Virus record (IMG/VR): IMGVR_UViG_3300013104_000004
Location: 19,484-83,483 of that record
Length of the DNA: 64,000 bases
Strand: one strand, 5' to 3'
Origin: a virus
A model generated the notes under the pieces. The model made no database searches. It had not been told where the DNA came from and saw only the letters and a list, made by a program, of their open reading frames with translations. The translations under genes were made by a program, and so were the position numbers. This document shows positions 45,002-54,626 of this stretch, piece by piece (the stretch's first letter is position 1; each line of letters opens with the position of its first letter).

Positions 45002-45419
45002 ATGCGTGCTCCTCGAACCAGCGCGACGAGGTGTGCGAGTCCCACTGGCCGCACGAGCAGGTCGTGTGCTTGACGTCGTGAAAGTCGCACTCCTGGCGGT
45101 GGCGGGAGGACGTGTCGCGCAGGCTCCCGTCGACGTAGTGGCGCACGATCGCGTCGATCGCGTTCTCGGCGCGCACCAGACGCTTCACGGCGCCCTGCCC
45201 GCGCGGGGTGTCCGGGTGGCACTGGCTGCGGGCCATGGCGCGGATGAACGCGGGACGCATGAGCGCCGACATGAGCGCGTCCACGTCCTGGCTGTCCGGC
45301 GCCGGCGCAGCCTCGGGACCGGGCGCTGCTGCAAGCTCCGGCCAGTCGGCGTCGAAGGTGTCCTGAGGGATGTCCGCGTGGCGCGCGGCCACGGCGCGGT
45401 AGGCCGCGTCCTGGGCCAT
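44988..45419 (-). CDS. hypothetical protein
   Basis: C-terminal CSCG...WFEEH. Confidence 0.65.
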   Translation of the reverse strand: MAQDAAYRAVAARHADIPQDTFDADWPELAAAPGPEAAPAPDSQDVDALMSALMRPAFIRAMARSQCHPDTPRGQGAVKRLVRAENAIDAIVRHYVDGSLRDTSSRHRQECDFHDVKHTTCSCGQWDSHTSSRWFEEHAYGRD

Positions 45420-45727
45420 CACGCTGACCTCCGGGCGGCCTGGACGCTCGCAGGCATCGCGCCGTCGTCGTCGGGCTGGCCAGGCATGCCGTGCACCTCG
45501 CACGGGCGGCTGCCTGCGAAGCCGTGGTTGCGGCAGAAGACGTCCATCGTGCTCAGCTCGTCGTCGCACGAGCAGCAGAAGCAGTCCGTGCGGTGCTCGA
45601 TCCAGACGCCCGCGGTGACGATGCGGGAGCGGGTCAAACCGGGCGTGACGATGTCCTCGATCCACGTCTCCGTGCCGTTGGCGTGGCGCTCGTGCTCGCG
45701 CGTGGCGCCCCCCGGGTAGAGGCCCAT
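45419..45727 (-). CDS. Cys-rich hypothetical protein
   Basis: DCFCCSC...CRNHG...PCEVH. Confidence 0.7.
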   Translation of the reverse strand: MGLYPGGATREHERHANGTETWIEDIVTPGLTRSRIVTAGVWIEHRTDCFCCSCDDELSTMDVFCRNHGFAGSRPCEVHGMPGQPDDDGAMPASVQAARRSA

Positions 45728-46335
45728 CAGACGCCGCCCTCTGTCCGGTACTTCGCGATGCCCCAGCGGATCGCCAGGCAGACCCAGACGAAGCGGTAGG
45801 TGTAGTCGCGGATGCACCACTCCCAGGCGTCGTCGAATCGGAACGAGCCCGCACCGCGGAAGTTCATGGCGGCATCCATCGCCTCGCGCTCGCCGTACGA
45901 GGCGAGGTCGAGGACCGACTCTGTGATCTGCTCCCACAGCTCGTGCAGGTGGCTGGCACCGGGGTCGTCCTGGATGTGCTCCTCGTAGTCCTGCTGCACG
46001 TGCTCGCGGAAGAGCCGCTCGCTGTACGTCTCGACGCCGCTGCTGCCCTGGACCTTCTCGGCCCAGTAGCGCAGGTCGATCCCGGCTGAGCCCTCGAAGA
46101 AGCGGAGCATGTCCTGCTCGCGGCGGAAGGTGAACGTGCCCATGTCGCCCGAGACGGTCAGACCGCCGGGCCAGGTGATGAACTCGAACCAGAAGGCCGA
46201 GTCACCGGGGGCCTTGAACAGCAGGTGCTTGTGCAGCGCGTAGTCGGCGCACACCGTCAGCACGTGCTCGGAGACGTCAACGACGAAGCGCTTCTCGACG
46301 TCGGCGTGCTGCGGGTAGTACGTCAGCTCTCCCAC
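45727..46335 (-). CDS. conserved hypothetical phage protein
   Basis: FEFITWPGGLTVSGDMGTFTFRR..DML.FF...YWAEK...CLAIRWGIAKY. Confidence 0.75.
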   Translation of the reverse strand: MGELTYYPQHADVEKRFVVDVSEHVLTVCADYALHKHLLFKAPGDSAFWFEFITWPGGLTVSGDMGTFTFRREQDMLRFFEGSAGIDLRYWAEKVQGSSGVETYSERLFREHVQQDYEEHIQDDPGASHLHELWEQITESVLDLASYGEREAMDAAMNFRGAGSFRFDDAWEWCIRDYTYRFVWVCLAIRWGIAKYRTEGGV

Positions 46336-46904
46336 GGCGGCACCTCCTCGTCGCTGGACTCGATGGCGGCGACCGAGCCGGTCGTCAGCTCGTTCAGCGC
46401 GCCCGTCCGGTACAGGTCGATCAGCTGGGCCTTGCCCTCGGTGGTGATGCGCGTCTGGAAGCCCGTCGGGTGGCCGGCCGGCGTGTACTGCACGCCCTCG
46501 ACGACCAGCCCGCTCTGGGTGTCGACGATCACGCCCGCCTCGGCGTCGAACTCGCAGCGCTTCAGCAGCGCGGCGCGCGCCGACGGGATGACCGAGTAGA
46601 TGGTCTGCTCGGCCGTGGCCGGGATGACGGTCTCCTTGACCATGCGGGGCGCGTACTCGCGCGCCCAGTCCAGGAACACCGCGTCGTCGGCGACGTCGTA
46701 GGACGCCGTGCCGCCGGTCAGCGTGATCGTGCCGACCTTCGTGCGGTCCGGCAGGAGCACGTCGTAGTTGCGCTGGCCCTCCTCGGCGTAGCGCTCGAAC
46801 AGGACGCTCTCGTGCTTCTCGCGCTCGCCCTTCAGCTCCTCGGCGATCGCGCCGGCGAGCGTGCTCAGCAGGCTGAAGCGCAGGTTGTCGTCGCGCAGCG
46901 TCAT
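46323..46904 (-). CDS. hypothetical protein
   Basis: ATGA-coupled to the primase-helicase. Confidence 0.7.
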   Translation of the reverse strand: MTLRDDNLRFSLLSTLAGAIAEELKGEREKHESVLFERYAEEGQRNYDVLLPDRTKVGTITLTGGTASYDVADDAVFLDWAREYAPRMVKETVIPATAEQTIYSVIPSARAALLKRCEFDAEAGVIVDTQSGLVVEGVQYTPAGHPTGFQTRITTEGKAQLIDLYRTGALNELTTGSVAAIESSDEEVPPWES

Positions 46905-48865
46905 GCCGCACCTCCCTTCTCCCAGGGCGCGAGCTCGCCCTGCAGCTTGGCGAGCGCCCTCTGGCGGTCGCGGTTGTAGATGTCCTCGTAGCTCTCGCCG
47001 CGGTTGTAGGCGCCGTTCTCGATCTCCACCCGGTGCCGGTTCTTCGCGTGCACCTGGTCGACGATCGCGAGCGAGGCGTGCGACATCGCGAGCTGGACCG
47101 TGCGGCCCTTGTTGCCGTGGCGGGACTTCAAGATCCGCAGGGAGAGGTCGGTGTGGACCTGTCCGCGGGTGCCCTGGTCGGCGGTCGCGGCCTCCCATGG
47201 CCGCCAGATGCCGAACAGGAAGTCGGCCGTCTCCTCGATGGCACCGGCGTCGCGCGCGTCGTCCTCGGAGATCGGCTCACCGGGCTTCGCGCCGCGGTTG
47301 ACCTGGCCAGGAGCGATGACCGCGAGCTGGTGGTCCTTCGCCCGCTCCTTCAGGCTCATCACCGCGTTCGTGACCTTCTCGTACTGGTCCTTGCCGCGCT
47401 GGGCCCGGGCGTAGTAGCCGAGGTAGTCGACGTGGCAGATCCGCGGAGACTCGCCCTGGTCCTCGATGAACTCCTCGACGAGGGTGTCAAAGTCCTCGTT
47501 GCGGACGGCGTTCTGGTCGACGAGCCGGACGTTGCTGAACAGGCCCTGCAGCTCGCGGTCGTCCATCTCCGGGTGGTGGAAGCGGGCGATGCGGCGCAGG
47601 CGGTTCCAGGTCTCCGGCGCCGTCAGCTCCAGGGTGATGAGCATCTGGGGGATGTGGCGCGTGTACCAGAGGATGTTGGCCAGGAACACCGACTTGCCGA
47701 CGCCGGTGCGGGCCAACGGGATGGTCAGCGAGCCGGGGCGTAGGCCGGGCGTGATGAGCGCGTCCAGGCTCGGGAAGCCGAGCTTCAGGGCAGGTGCTGA
47801 GTGCTCCAGCTCGTACAGCTGGGCAGCCGCCTCCTGCATCGTGTAGACGCGCTTGTCCCGCATGTCCGCGTCGTGGATCAGCCGCATGACGTCGGCCCAG
47901 CCGTGACCGCCGTGGGGCCGGTTGGGGCTCACCGGCGCCAGCCAGTCCGTCCAATCCAGCTCCGCCTCGGGCAGCTCGATGAGCCGCGCCTTGGCGCCGA
48001 GCAGGTCGCGCACCTTCAGCGCGCCGCGGCGGCCGGCGTCGTCCGTGTCGAAGCCGATGTAGACCCGCCGGGCGTCCTCGAACATCCGGGCGAAGCCGTC
48101 GGTGCCGCCGGGCAGCGACTGCGTCCCGGGCACAGCCACCACGGCGATGTTCCGGGCGCGCGTCTCGGGCGCGGCGGACAGCACCTGGCGCAGGATCAGC
48201 GCGTCGAACTCGCCCTCGGTGATGAAGACGGTCTCGGCGCCGCGCAGCACGTCGGCGTTGTAGAGCCGGACCTGCTCGCCGGGAGGTGTGATGTACTTCC
48301 CGGCCAGGTCCTTGCCGCGCACCTGGACCGTGCGGCCGCCCTCGATGTACGGGATGGTGACCCGGTTCTCCAGGAACTCCTGCCCGCGCTCGTTGAGCAG
48401 GCCCGTCTCCCGCACCTCAGCGCGGGTGTAGCCGCCCTGCACGCCGACGGACTCCATCGAGTCGACCAGCGAGACGTTCTTCGCGTGGTAGCCAATGCCG
48501 GCCGCCGCCACCGTGTCGTCCGTCAGGCCCCGCTCGCGCAGGTACTCCGCAACCTTCGGGTTGGCGCTGAGGGCACGTGCCGACAGTGCCGCGTACTCGT
48601 CGAGGATCGCCGTCTTGCGGCTCGGCTTGAAGACCGGGCTGGCGTCGTCCGGCTCGTCGCCGAAGTGCTCCAGCAGCATCCGCCACCCACCGGTGACGCC
48701 GCAGATCTTGCAGTCGAACGCGCCGTGCTCGGCGCTGACGTACATCTTCCCCTTGCGGTGATCCTCCCCACAGAACAGGCACTTCAGCGTGAGCTGGCGA
48801 CCTCCGGCGGCACGGAACACCTCCAGCCCCTTGCCCCGGAGGTAGGCCTCGACGTTCTCCTGCAT
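46901..48865 (-). CDS. DNA primase-helicase (Zn finger, TOPRIM, DnaB-like)
   Basis: CLFC/CKIC; ITEGEFDAL; FDTDDAG; ARTGVGKS; VDYLG; QVNR; KSRHG. Confidence 0.92.
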   Translation of the reverse strand: MQENVEAYLRGKGLEVFRAAGGRQLTLKCLFCGEDHRKGKMYVSAEHGAFDCKICGVTGGWRMLLEHFGDEPDDASPVFKPSRKTAILDEYAALSARALSANPKVAEYLRERGLTDDTVAAAGIGYHAKNVSLVDSMESVGVQGGYTRAEVRETGLLNERGQEFLENRVTIPYIEGGRTVQVRGKDLAGKYITPPGEQVRLYNADVLRGAETVFITEGEFDALILRQVLSAAPETRARNIAVVAVPGTQSLPGGTDGFARMFEDARRVYIGFDTDDAGRRGALKVRDLLGAKARLIELPEAELDWTDWLAPVSPNRPHGGHGWADVMRLIHDADMRDKRVYTMQEAAAQLYELEHSAPALKLGFPSLDALITPGLRPGSLTIPLARTGVGKSVFLANILWYTRHIPQMLITLELTAPETWNRLRRIARFHHPEMDDRELQGLFSNVRLVDQNAVRNEDFDTLVEEFIEDQGESPRICHVDYLGYYARAQRGKDQYEKVTNAVMSLKERAKDHQLAVIAPGQVNRGAKPGEPISEDDARDAGAIEETADFLFGIWRPWEAATADQGTRGQVHTDLSLRILKSRHGNKGRTVQLAMSHASLAIVDQVHAKNRHRVEIENGAYNRGESYEDIYNRDRQRALAKLQGELAPWEKGGAA

Positions 48866-48868
48866 CGG

Positions 48869-49408
48869 TCAGCGACCCCCGAACGGGGTGTGCTTGGGCT
48901 TGCCGTGGAACCGGATCCAGACGGCGCCGTCGGGCTGGTCGGCCTTGGGGAGGTTGTCGAAGTTGACGCCGTCCCAGTGCACCCACAGGGCCTCGTGGCC
49001 GTTGGCGGGGGCGACCTTCACGCCGGGCTTGAAGACGCGGGGCGCGCCGAAGGCGTTCGACGCGATGACGAGGTCCGGCATGCCGTGGCCGACGAGGATC
49101 GCGAGCGGCGACGGGACGTAGCCCAGGCCGTCGAGGATGGCCTTCTCGTAGGACAGCGTCGGGGCCCAGACGTCCGCCACGCCCTCGACCTGCTCCCAGT
49201 CCTCCGGGATCGCGTCATCGGGCCCGAAGCGGAAGCCGAAGATCTGCGCGAGCGGTGCGGCCTCGCGAACCATGGCCGGTGCGTCCGGGACGCCGAGGGC
49301 GATGCGCGCCATGGCAACCCGCTCCTCGAACTCAGCGAAGGCGGCCATGTTCGCGTGCAGGTCGACGAGGACCTGTGGGGCGACGGTGTAGTAGTACGTG
49401 GCGGTCAT
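48869..49408 (-). CDS. hypothetical protein
   Basis: coupled operon. Confidence 0.7.
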   Translation of the reverse strand: MTATYYYTVAPQVLVDLHANMAAFAEFEERVAMARIALGVPDAPAMVREAAPLAQIFGFRFGPDDAIPEDWEQVEGVADVWAPTLSYEKAILDGLGYVPSPLAILVGHGMPDLVIASNAFGAPRVFKPGVKVAPANGHEALWVHWDGVNFDNLPKADQPDGAVWIRFHGKPKHTPFGGR

Positions 49409-49698
49409 GCCTTGGCCTCGAATCGGACGTAGCGACGGACGTTCTTGATCTGGCCCTCCAGGACCCGGGTGGCGTCGTCGCTGGCCCCGGGCAGCAGGGC
49501 CTCGATGTCGTTGAGCAGGCGGTCAGCCAGCGCGACCTCCTGGGCCTCCAGCGCCGCGCGGACAGCCAGCGCGAGCTGGGCCGCGTCAGCCGCGGTGGCC
49601 GTCGGCAGCACGCGGTCACCGGCGAGCTTGATCGCCTTCGTGGCGGAGATGAGGCGGGCGCTGGACGAGTCCGTGCCGGCGGTCAGACGGCCGGCCAT
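49405..49698 (-). CDS. hypothetical protein
   Basis: coupled operon. Confidence 0.7.
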   Translation of the reverse strand: MAGRLTAGTDSSSARLISATKAIKLAGDRVLPTATAADAAQLALAVRAALEAQEVALADRLLNDIEALLPGASDDATRVLEGQIKNVRRYVRFEAKA

Positions 49699-49886
49699 CA
49701 GGCGTTCGCCACGATCGCTGCCTTGACGTCGGCCCACGTGGAGCGGGCGCGCTCCGCGGTCGTCGCGCTCACGAGCACGAGGTCGTCGTTCACCGAAACC
49801 GAGAGCTCGTGCTCATCGGTCGTCGTGCGGGTCATCTCGGGGCTGTCGTCTTCGAGCAGTCCGTAGGCCGTGTAGAGCGTGGGCAT
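49698..49886 (-). CDS. hypothetical protein
   Basis: GAGG RBS. Confidence 0.65.
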   Translation of the reverse strand: MPTLYTAYGLLEDDSPEMTRTTTDEHELSVSVNDDLVLVSATTAERARSTWADVKAAIVANA

Positions 49887-50021
49887 GGGGTCCTCTTTCG
49901 GGGGAAGCGGTGGGGTGGCTCCCACCCGGGGCAGCGACGGAGGGGTCTGCTGCCCCGGGTGAGTCCCGGCGTGGCGGCGCCGGGGAGGGGTGCCCGCGTC
50001 AGCGGGCGCTCATGGCACCGA

Positions 50022-50504
50022 TCAGAACGGCGGCTCGTCGTCGTACGACGAGCTCCGCTGGTCGGCACCCGCGGGCGCGACGTCGGTGACCTCGCAGTAG
50101 TAGCCCTTCGTCCCGTCCTTCTTGTCGACGGGCTTCTGCTGCGTGATGTAGACCTGGCAGTCCAGGCCCTCGACGAGGTCCGTGTCGACGCCCTCGCCGA
50201 CCTCCAGCTCGTGACCGATGAGCACCTCGTACCAGAGGCGCGCCTTGTTGTCGGCCCGGGTGGAGACCTTCGCGTCCGTCTCGCCGCGGACGTCGTCGCC
50301 CGTGTAGGAGCCGCCCGTCAGCTTGAAGTTCCACCGCCAGGAGGTGATGGATCCCTTCTTGCCGACGAGGCCGTTCTTGCGGGCGTACTCGGTGTCGCGG
50401 TAGATGAACTCGTTCGTGCGCTCGGTGACCGACTCCAGGCGGGCCGGCTGCCAGCCCTCCTCGAAGCGGTACTCGGACTCTTCGACAACTGCGCCCTTGG
50501 GCAT
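50022..50504 (-). CDS. putative ssDNA-binding protein (DUF669-like)
   Basis: OB-like beta pattern; acidic C-terminus YDDEPPF; follows AAA_24. Confidence 0.65.
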   Translation of the reverse strand: MPKGAVVEESEYRFEEGWQPARLESVTERTNEFIYRDTEYARKNGLVGKKGSITSWRWNFKLTGGSYTGDDVRGETDAKVSTRADNKARLWYEVLIGHELEVGEGVDTDLVEGLDCQVYITQQKPVDKKDGTKGYYCEVTDVAPAGADQRSSSYDDEPPF

Positions 50505-50543
50505 GTGTGTTCTTCCTCTTCTTCCGGGGTGGGGGTGGGTGGA

Positions 50544-51686
50544 TCAGGCGGAGAGCGCGCCCTGGCGCTGCTTCACCAGGGCGGAGTGCTCGGGCGTCCA
50601 CGCGGCCTTGTGCTGCTGCCACAGGACCTTGAAGTCCGCCGGGTCCGTGACGGCCTCGATGGCCTGGACGATCGGGTCGCCGTCGGCGATGACCTCGCCG
50701 CCGAGCGTCTCGGTGACCGTGGCGACGGCCGCCTCGGTCGGGTCGGCTGCGGGGGCCGGCTCGGCAGCCTCCGCGGGCTTGGCCTTGGCCGCGGGCTTGG
50801 CCTTGGCGGCCGCGCCCTTCTGGGCACGTGCCTTCGGCAGCGCGGAGGCGTCCGGCTCGACCGGCCCGCCCTTCATGTCGGCGGGGGCGGCCTTCTGCTC
50901 CACCTCGGTCTTGACCTGGGTCACGACCGCGGCCTTGGCGCCGATGGCCTGCGCCCCGGCGCGGAAGGCCCGCTCCAGCACGGCGAAGTCCTCGGTCGTG
51001 AACGCCACCGGGGTCTGGGCCGGCAGCAGCGCGGACGTCGACCGCAGGAACGGCACGTGCGGCGTCGCGCGCCACTCGATGCCGCGCTTCACGACCTTCG
51101 TGTCCGTGCCGTCGACGTTCTCGACGCCCCACTCGGTGCGCAGCCAGCCGATGTTCGAGAACTCCTTCAGGAGGTCCGTCTTCATGCCGCCGACGAGGTC
51201 GGGCTCCAGCCCGTCGGAGTCGAACTTGTCCTTCGTGTGCACCAGGACGACGACGTTCATGTCGAGGTTGTGCAGGCGGTGCAGGAGCTTGGCCATGATC
51301 GAGCCGAGCTCGCCCCACTGGCGGAAGTCGTCGAGGCTGTTCAGGCCCTCGCGCTTCAAGATCTCCTGCACGACGTGCTTCTGGAGCACGGAGAACGTGT
51401 CGAGCACGACGGTCTCGCGGTCGAAGCTCGGGCGCTTCGACTCCTTCTCCAGGTAGTCGACAGCCTCCAGCGCGCTCTTCTCGCCGCGGATCTCGATGTA
51501 CGGCGTCTGGGTGATGACCAGCGAGTCCGGGCCTGAGCGGTCCGCCATCAGGAAGATCGGGCTGGGGAACTGCGCGGCCCACGGCGTCTTGCCGGCGCCC
51601 GGGGTGCCGAAGAGCAGGAAGCGGTGCTTCGCCTTGCCCTCGTCGGCGAGCAGGGCGTCGAGCCCCGCGGTCTTGATCTCGATCAT
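50544..51686 (-). CDS. AAA_24 / Sak4-like recombination ATPase
   Basis: FGTPGAGKT, VVLDTFS, VVVLVH. Confidence 0.8.
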   Translation of the reverse strand: MIEIKTAGLDALLADEGKAKHRFLLFGTPGAGKTPWAAQFPSPIFLMADRSGPDSLVITQTPYIEIRGEKSALEAVDYLEKESKRPSFDRETVVLDTFSVLQKHVVQEILKREGLNSLDDFRQWGELGSIMAKLLHRLHNLDMNVVVLVHTKDKFDSDGLEPDLVGGMKTDLLKEFSNIGWLRTEWGVENVDGTDTKVVKRGIEWRATPHVPFLRSTSALLPAQTPVAFTTEDFAVLERAFRAGAQAIGAKAAVVTQVKTEVEQKAAPADMKGGPVEPDASALPKARAQKGAAAKAKPAAKAKPAEAAEPAPAADPTEAAVATVTETLGGEVIADGDPIVQAIEAVTDPADFKVLWQQHKAAWTPEHSALVKQRQGALSA

Positions 51687-52771
51687 CAGCAGTCCTTCGT
51701 CGGGTTGGGGATCAGGCCCTTGCGGTAGAGCAGCTCGGTGAGGTCCCGGCCGTGGCGGTTGAACTCGTCGTTGATCTCGGCGAGCCCGGCACCGGCGGCG
51801 GCGCGCTTGGGCCGGTTGTCGAGCCCGGGGTGCTCGATCGCGAAGGTCAGGAGCGTCAGCGCGTGCCAGGCGACGGCGGCCATGTGGGGCGAGCCGGTCT
51901 CGGCATCGATGTCCTCGCCGCCCCAGAAGGCGTTCGCGTGCCGCTGCATGGCGGCGTACGAGAGCGACCAGTCGTAGCCCTTGCGCCACTGGTTGTCGGC
52001 GTACTTCGCCGCGCCACGGCCGTAGTGCTCCGCGACCTGGGTCAGCGCCTCGACGGGCAGCAGGTCGAACCGCTGGAGCTTGGAGCCCTTCTGCCCGCCG
52101 GTCAGCGGGTTCGTGATCCGAACCTCACTGGGCGCGACGGCCTTCTGCAGGGCGAGCGCGTCGAACTCGCCCTCGGCCAGCGCAGGCTGGCGCTTCGCAA
52201 CCCACGCGGCGTCGAGGCGGGCGTCGGCGCGCGTCTTGCCGTCACCCGTGACCTCGCCATGCGGCGCGCCGTGGTGGTCGTCGGGGTCCTGGCAGATCGC
52301 GCAGGGGTGGAAGGCCCCGGTGATGGCACTCTCGATCCGGACGGAGTCTGCGCGCAGCTGACGGCTCGCTGCGGCGCCATCGAGCATGTCCTGTGCCGTC
52401 GGCCACTCGGTGGAGCCCCAGGTCGTGAGCATGTTGACCGTGCCGGCCTTCAGGCCGAGAGCGGCCGCCAGGGCCATCTCGGCACGGGCGCCCTTCGACT
52501 CGTGCCAGCCCGGGAGGAACGCGATCGCGTCGGCCGAGCCACAGATGAACCCGGTGTCGGCGGCGAGAGCGTTCCGCAGGTCGAAGCCGAGAGCGGAGAG
52601 GTCCTCGTTGCCGGTCATGCCCGACGGGTCGAAGCCGTTGTTGACGTCGTGCGCAGCCGGGTTGAAGACGAGATGGCCCGCGGCCTTCAGCTCGTCGGCA
52701 GCCTGGTGGAACGCGGGGAAGTTGAACTCGGGGATCCCTCGCATGGGACCCGCCACATAGATGCGGCTCAT
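51686..52771 (-). CDS. DUF4406-like domain fused to a dATP/dGTP diphosphohydrolase-like domain
   Basis: IYVAGPMRGIPEFNFPAF...LPGWHESKGARAE; GSKLQRFDLLP...GAAKYADNQWRKG...AMQRH...GEDIDAETGSPHMAAVAW. Confidence 0.82.
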   Translation of the reverse strand: MSRIYVAGPMRGIPEFNFPAFHQAADELKAAGHLVFNPAAHDVNNGFDPSGMTGNEDLSALGFDLRNALAADTGFICGSADAIAFLPGWHESKGARAEMALAAALGLKAGTVNMLTTWGSTEWPTAQDMLDGAAASRQLRADSVRIESAITGAFHPCAICQDPDDHHGAPHGEVTGDGKTRADARLDAAWVAKRQPALAEGEFDALALQKAVAPSEVRITNPLTGGQKGSKLQRFDLLPVEALTQVAEHYGRGAAKYADNQWRKGYDWSLSYAAMQRHANAFWGGEDIDAETGSPHMAAVAWHALTLLTFAIEHPGLDNRPKRAAAGAGLAEINDEFNRHGRDLTELLYRKGLIPNPTKDC

Positions 52772-53802
52772 CGATCGATGCCTTCCTGGAACTCGGGGAG
52801 GGGGGCGTTGCCGCACACGCCGTGGGACCACGGGCAGTAGTGGCAGGTCTTGCCGGAGACGGTCAGCGGGAACACCTCGGCGCGCTGCGCCTTCATGAAC
52901 TCGCGGATCGCGACGTGCATCCGGGCGTAGTGCTCAGGGGTGCGCCAGCCGACGTCGCTGACCTTGAAGTCGTCCTGGCCAGGGCGCTCGGTGCTCGTGC
53001 CGCGGATGTTCAGCCACCGACCACGGCGCGCGGCCAGCGGCAGCGTCGGGCGGCCCGCGAGGCCGGCGTCGGCGAGCACGGTGGCCGCGAGGGAGTCGAG
53101 GCCGAGGCCCCGGTCCTCGGCCGGCGGCTCCGCCCAGAGCGCCAGGCCGCGCGAGCGCACCCGGGACTCCAGCTCCAGGAACGCCGGCATCTCCACGAAG
53201 TCGAGCCAGAACTCGGGCCGCGTGCTCGCGTAGCTGTAGAACGTCCACTGCAGCGCGTGCTGGAGCCAGACCGGCTTCACGGCCGTCTTCAGGTCGTCGA
53301 CGCCCAGGACCGGCGCCTTGTCGATCACCCGCAGATTCAGGCGGTCGGCGGTGCCCGTCAGCGTGACCGGCTCGCCGTCGATGACGGTCGCCACCGTGAA
53401 CGTGTGCTCCAGGGCGAGGAGGGTGGACTTGTCCTTCTGTAGCCACTCGTACAGGCCGCGCAGGGTACGGCGGCCGCGCTGCAGCATCCCGGACCAGGTC
53501 TGGCCGGGCAGCCAGTCGGTCACGCGGCCGTCGGCGACCTCGTCGACGTGGTCGGGGTGCCAGTAGTGCTCGAACGTGGCCAGCGCGCGGTCCAGCGCAT
53601 CCGCGGCGCCCTGGTGGTGCAGGAGCTGGAGGTGCTGGCCGGCGTAGTGCATGACCGTGCCGAAGATCGTCTGCGACAGGCGCCGCTCGACGTAGCCGCC
53701 GTCCTTTGCGACGTCGTCGAGGTGCTGCTGCATCCCGCAGTACATGAAGCTGGCCAGGTCCGACTGGCGGATCACCATCTGGCCGTAGCCGAGCTGCCTC
53801 AT
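52768..53802 (-). CDS. PD-(D/E)XK Cas4/RecB-like exonuclease
   Basis: FMYC...GTVMH...LTGTADRL...DDLKT...LQWTFY...CHYCPW..VC. Confidence 0.8.
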   Translation of the reverse strand: MRQLGYGQMVIRQSDLASFMYCGMQQHLDDVAKDGGYVERRLSQTIFGTVMHYAGQHLQLLHHQGAADALDRALATFEHYWHPDHVDEVADGRVTDWLPGQTWSGMLQRGRRTLRGLYEWLQKDKSTLLALEHTFTVATVIDGEPVTLTGTADRLNLRVIDKAPVLGVDDLKTAVKPVWLQHALQWTFYSYASTRPEFWLDFVEMPAFLELESRVRSRGLALWAEPPAEDRGLGLDSLAATVLADAGLAGRPTLPLAARRGRWLNIRGTSTERPGQDDFKVSDVGWRTPEHYARMHVAIREFMKAQRAEVFPLTVSGKTCHYCPWSHGVCGNAPLPEFQEGIDR

Positions 53803-54155
53803 CGGGGCGTCACCGTCACGTAGCCGCGGGCCGAGAGGATCGCCGCGGGGTCCGCGGTGCCGCGCACGGTCCACAGGTACGAGCCGTCCATCGTGCGGAC
53901 CGTGCCGTGTGCACCGCCGTGCACGTCCGCGACGACCTCGACCTGGACGTGCTCGTAGCCCGCGTAGTCCGGGCAGAGGGCGTACAGGTAGACGGTCCGC
54001 TCGATACCGCGGGAGGCGTCCAGCCGGTCGCGCCCCGGGCTGCCGAGCACGGGGTGGTTGATGCGCGTCGCGGTGCGCCGCTCGTGACCGTCGTGCCACA
54101 GCAAGGCGAACATCAGCGCGCAGAAGAGCGCGACGCAGATGATGAAGGCAGTCAC
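53799..54155 (-). CDS. membrane-anchored hypothetical protein
   Basis: N-terminal transmembrane segment; GTGA coupling. Confidence 0.65.
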   Translation of the reverse strand: MTAFIICVALFCALMFALLWHDGHERRTATRINHPVLGSPGRDRLDASRGIERTVYLYALCPDYAGYEHVQVEVVADVHGGAHGTVRTMDGSYLWTVRGTADPAAILSARGYVTVTPR

Positions 54156-54379
54156 GCGGCGACCACCTGACGGCGCCTGGCGACGACGACGAACTCGTCG
54201 GCCTGGAGCGCAACGTCGAGGCCGAGGCGCTCGATACGGCGGTACTGCAGGTCGACGTACGCGGCCACGTCTTCGGGACGGGCGCCGCCGGCGAGCTGCT
54301 GCTGCACCTTGTGGCTGGTCTGGTCGATGATGCGGCGGGCGATGATGCGGCGGGCGATGAAGAGGCGTGCGGGGTTCAT
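54152..54379 (-). CDS. hypothetical protein, first gene of the - early operon
   Basis: AAGGAGGAG RBS. Confidence 0.7.
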   Translation of the reverse strand: MNPARLFIARRIIARRIIDQTSHKVQQQLAGGARPEDVAAYVDLQYRRIERLGLDVALQADEFVVVARRRQVVAA

Positions 54380-54400
54380 CTGCTCCTCCTTCGGGGCACG

Positions 54401-54455
54401 AAAAAGGGCGGCACCCACCGCTCAGGCCGAAGCCGAGCTGAAGTGGATGCCGCCC
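54401..54455 (-). terminator. intrinsic terminator within the operon leader (attenuator)
   Basis: GGGCGGCATCCAC...GTGGGTGCCGCCC plus TTTTT, just before the RBS. Confidence 0.75.
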
Positions 54456-54543
54456 ATGAGTAGTTAGCTGCGGGGGCTCACGAGGACCGTTCGGTCCGCC
54501 GTGCTGGCCTGCTGGTTCAGGCCGCGATGTCGTTGTGGTGAGG

Positions 54544-54574
54544 ACTCTAGGCCCCGCCCCCGACATGAATGCAA
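54544..54574 (-). promoter_or_regulatory. SigA-type promoter for the leftward replication operon
   Basis: TTGCAT-N19-TAGAGT on the - strand; operator-like palindromes at 54586-54599 and 54614-54627. Confidence 0.55.
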
Positions 54575-54626
54575 GAGCGCCGCCGTGGGCACATGCCCAC
54601 GCGACATCCCCCCTGGGCATGTGCCG

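Noticed and set aside
51686-52771. Z-genome or 7-deazaguanine modification pathway
   Set aside because: No purZ, dpdA or que genes visible in the window
52768-53802. CRISPR-Cas system suggested by the Cas4-like nuclease
   Set aside because: No repeat-spacer array or other cas genes; the context is a phage recombination module
54326-54358. 15-bp tandem duplication (IARRI twice)
   Set aside because: Simple in-frame duplication with no further signal
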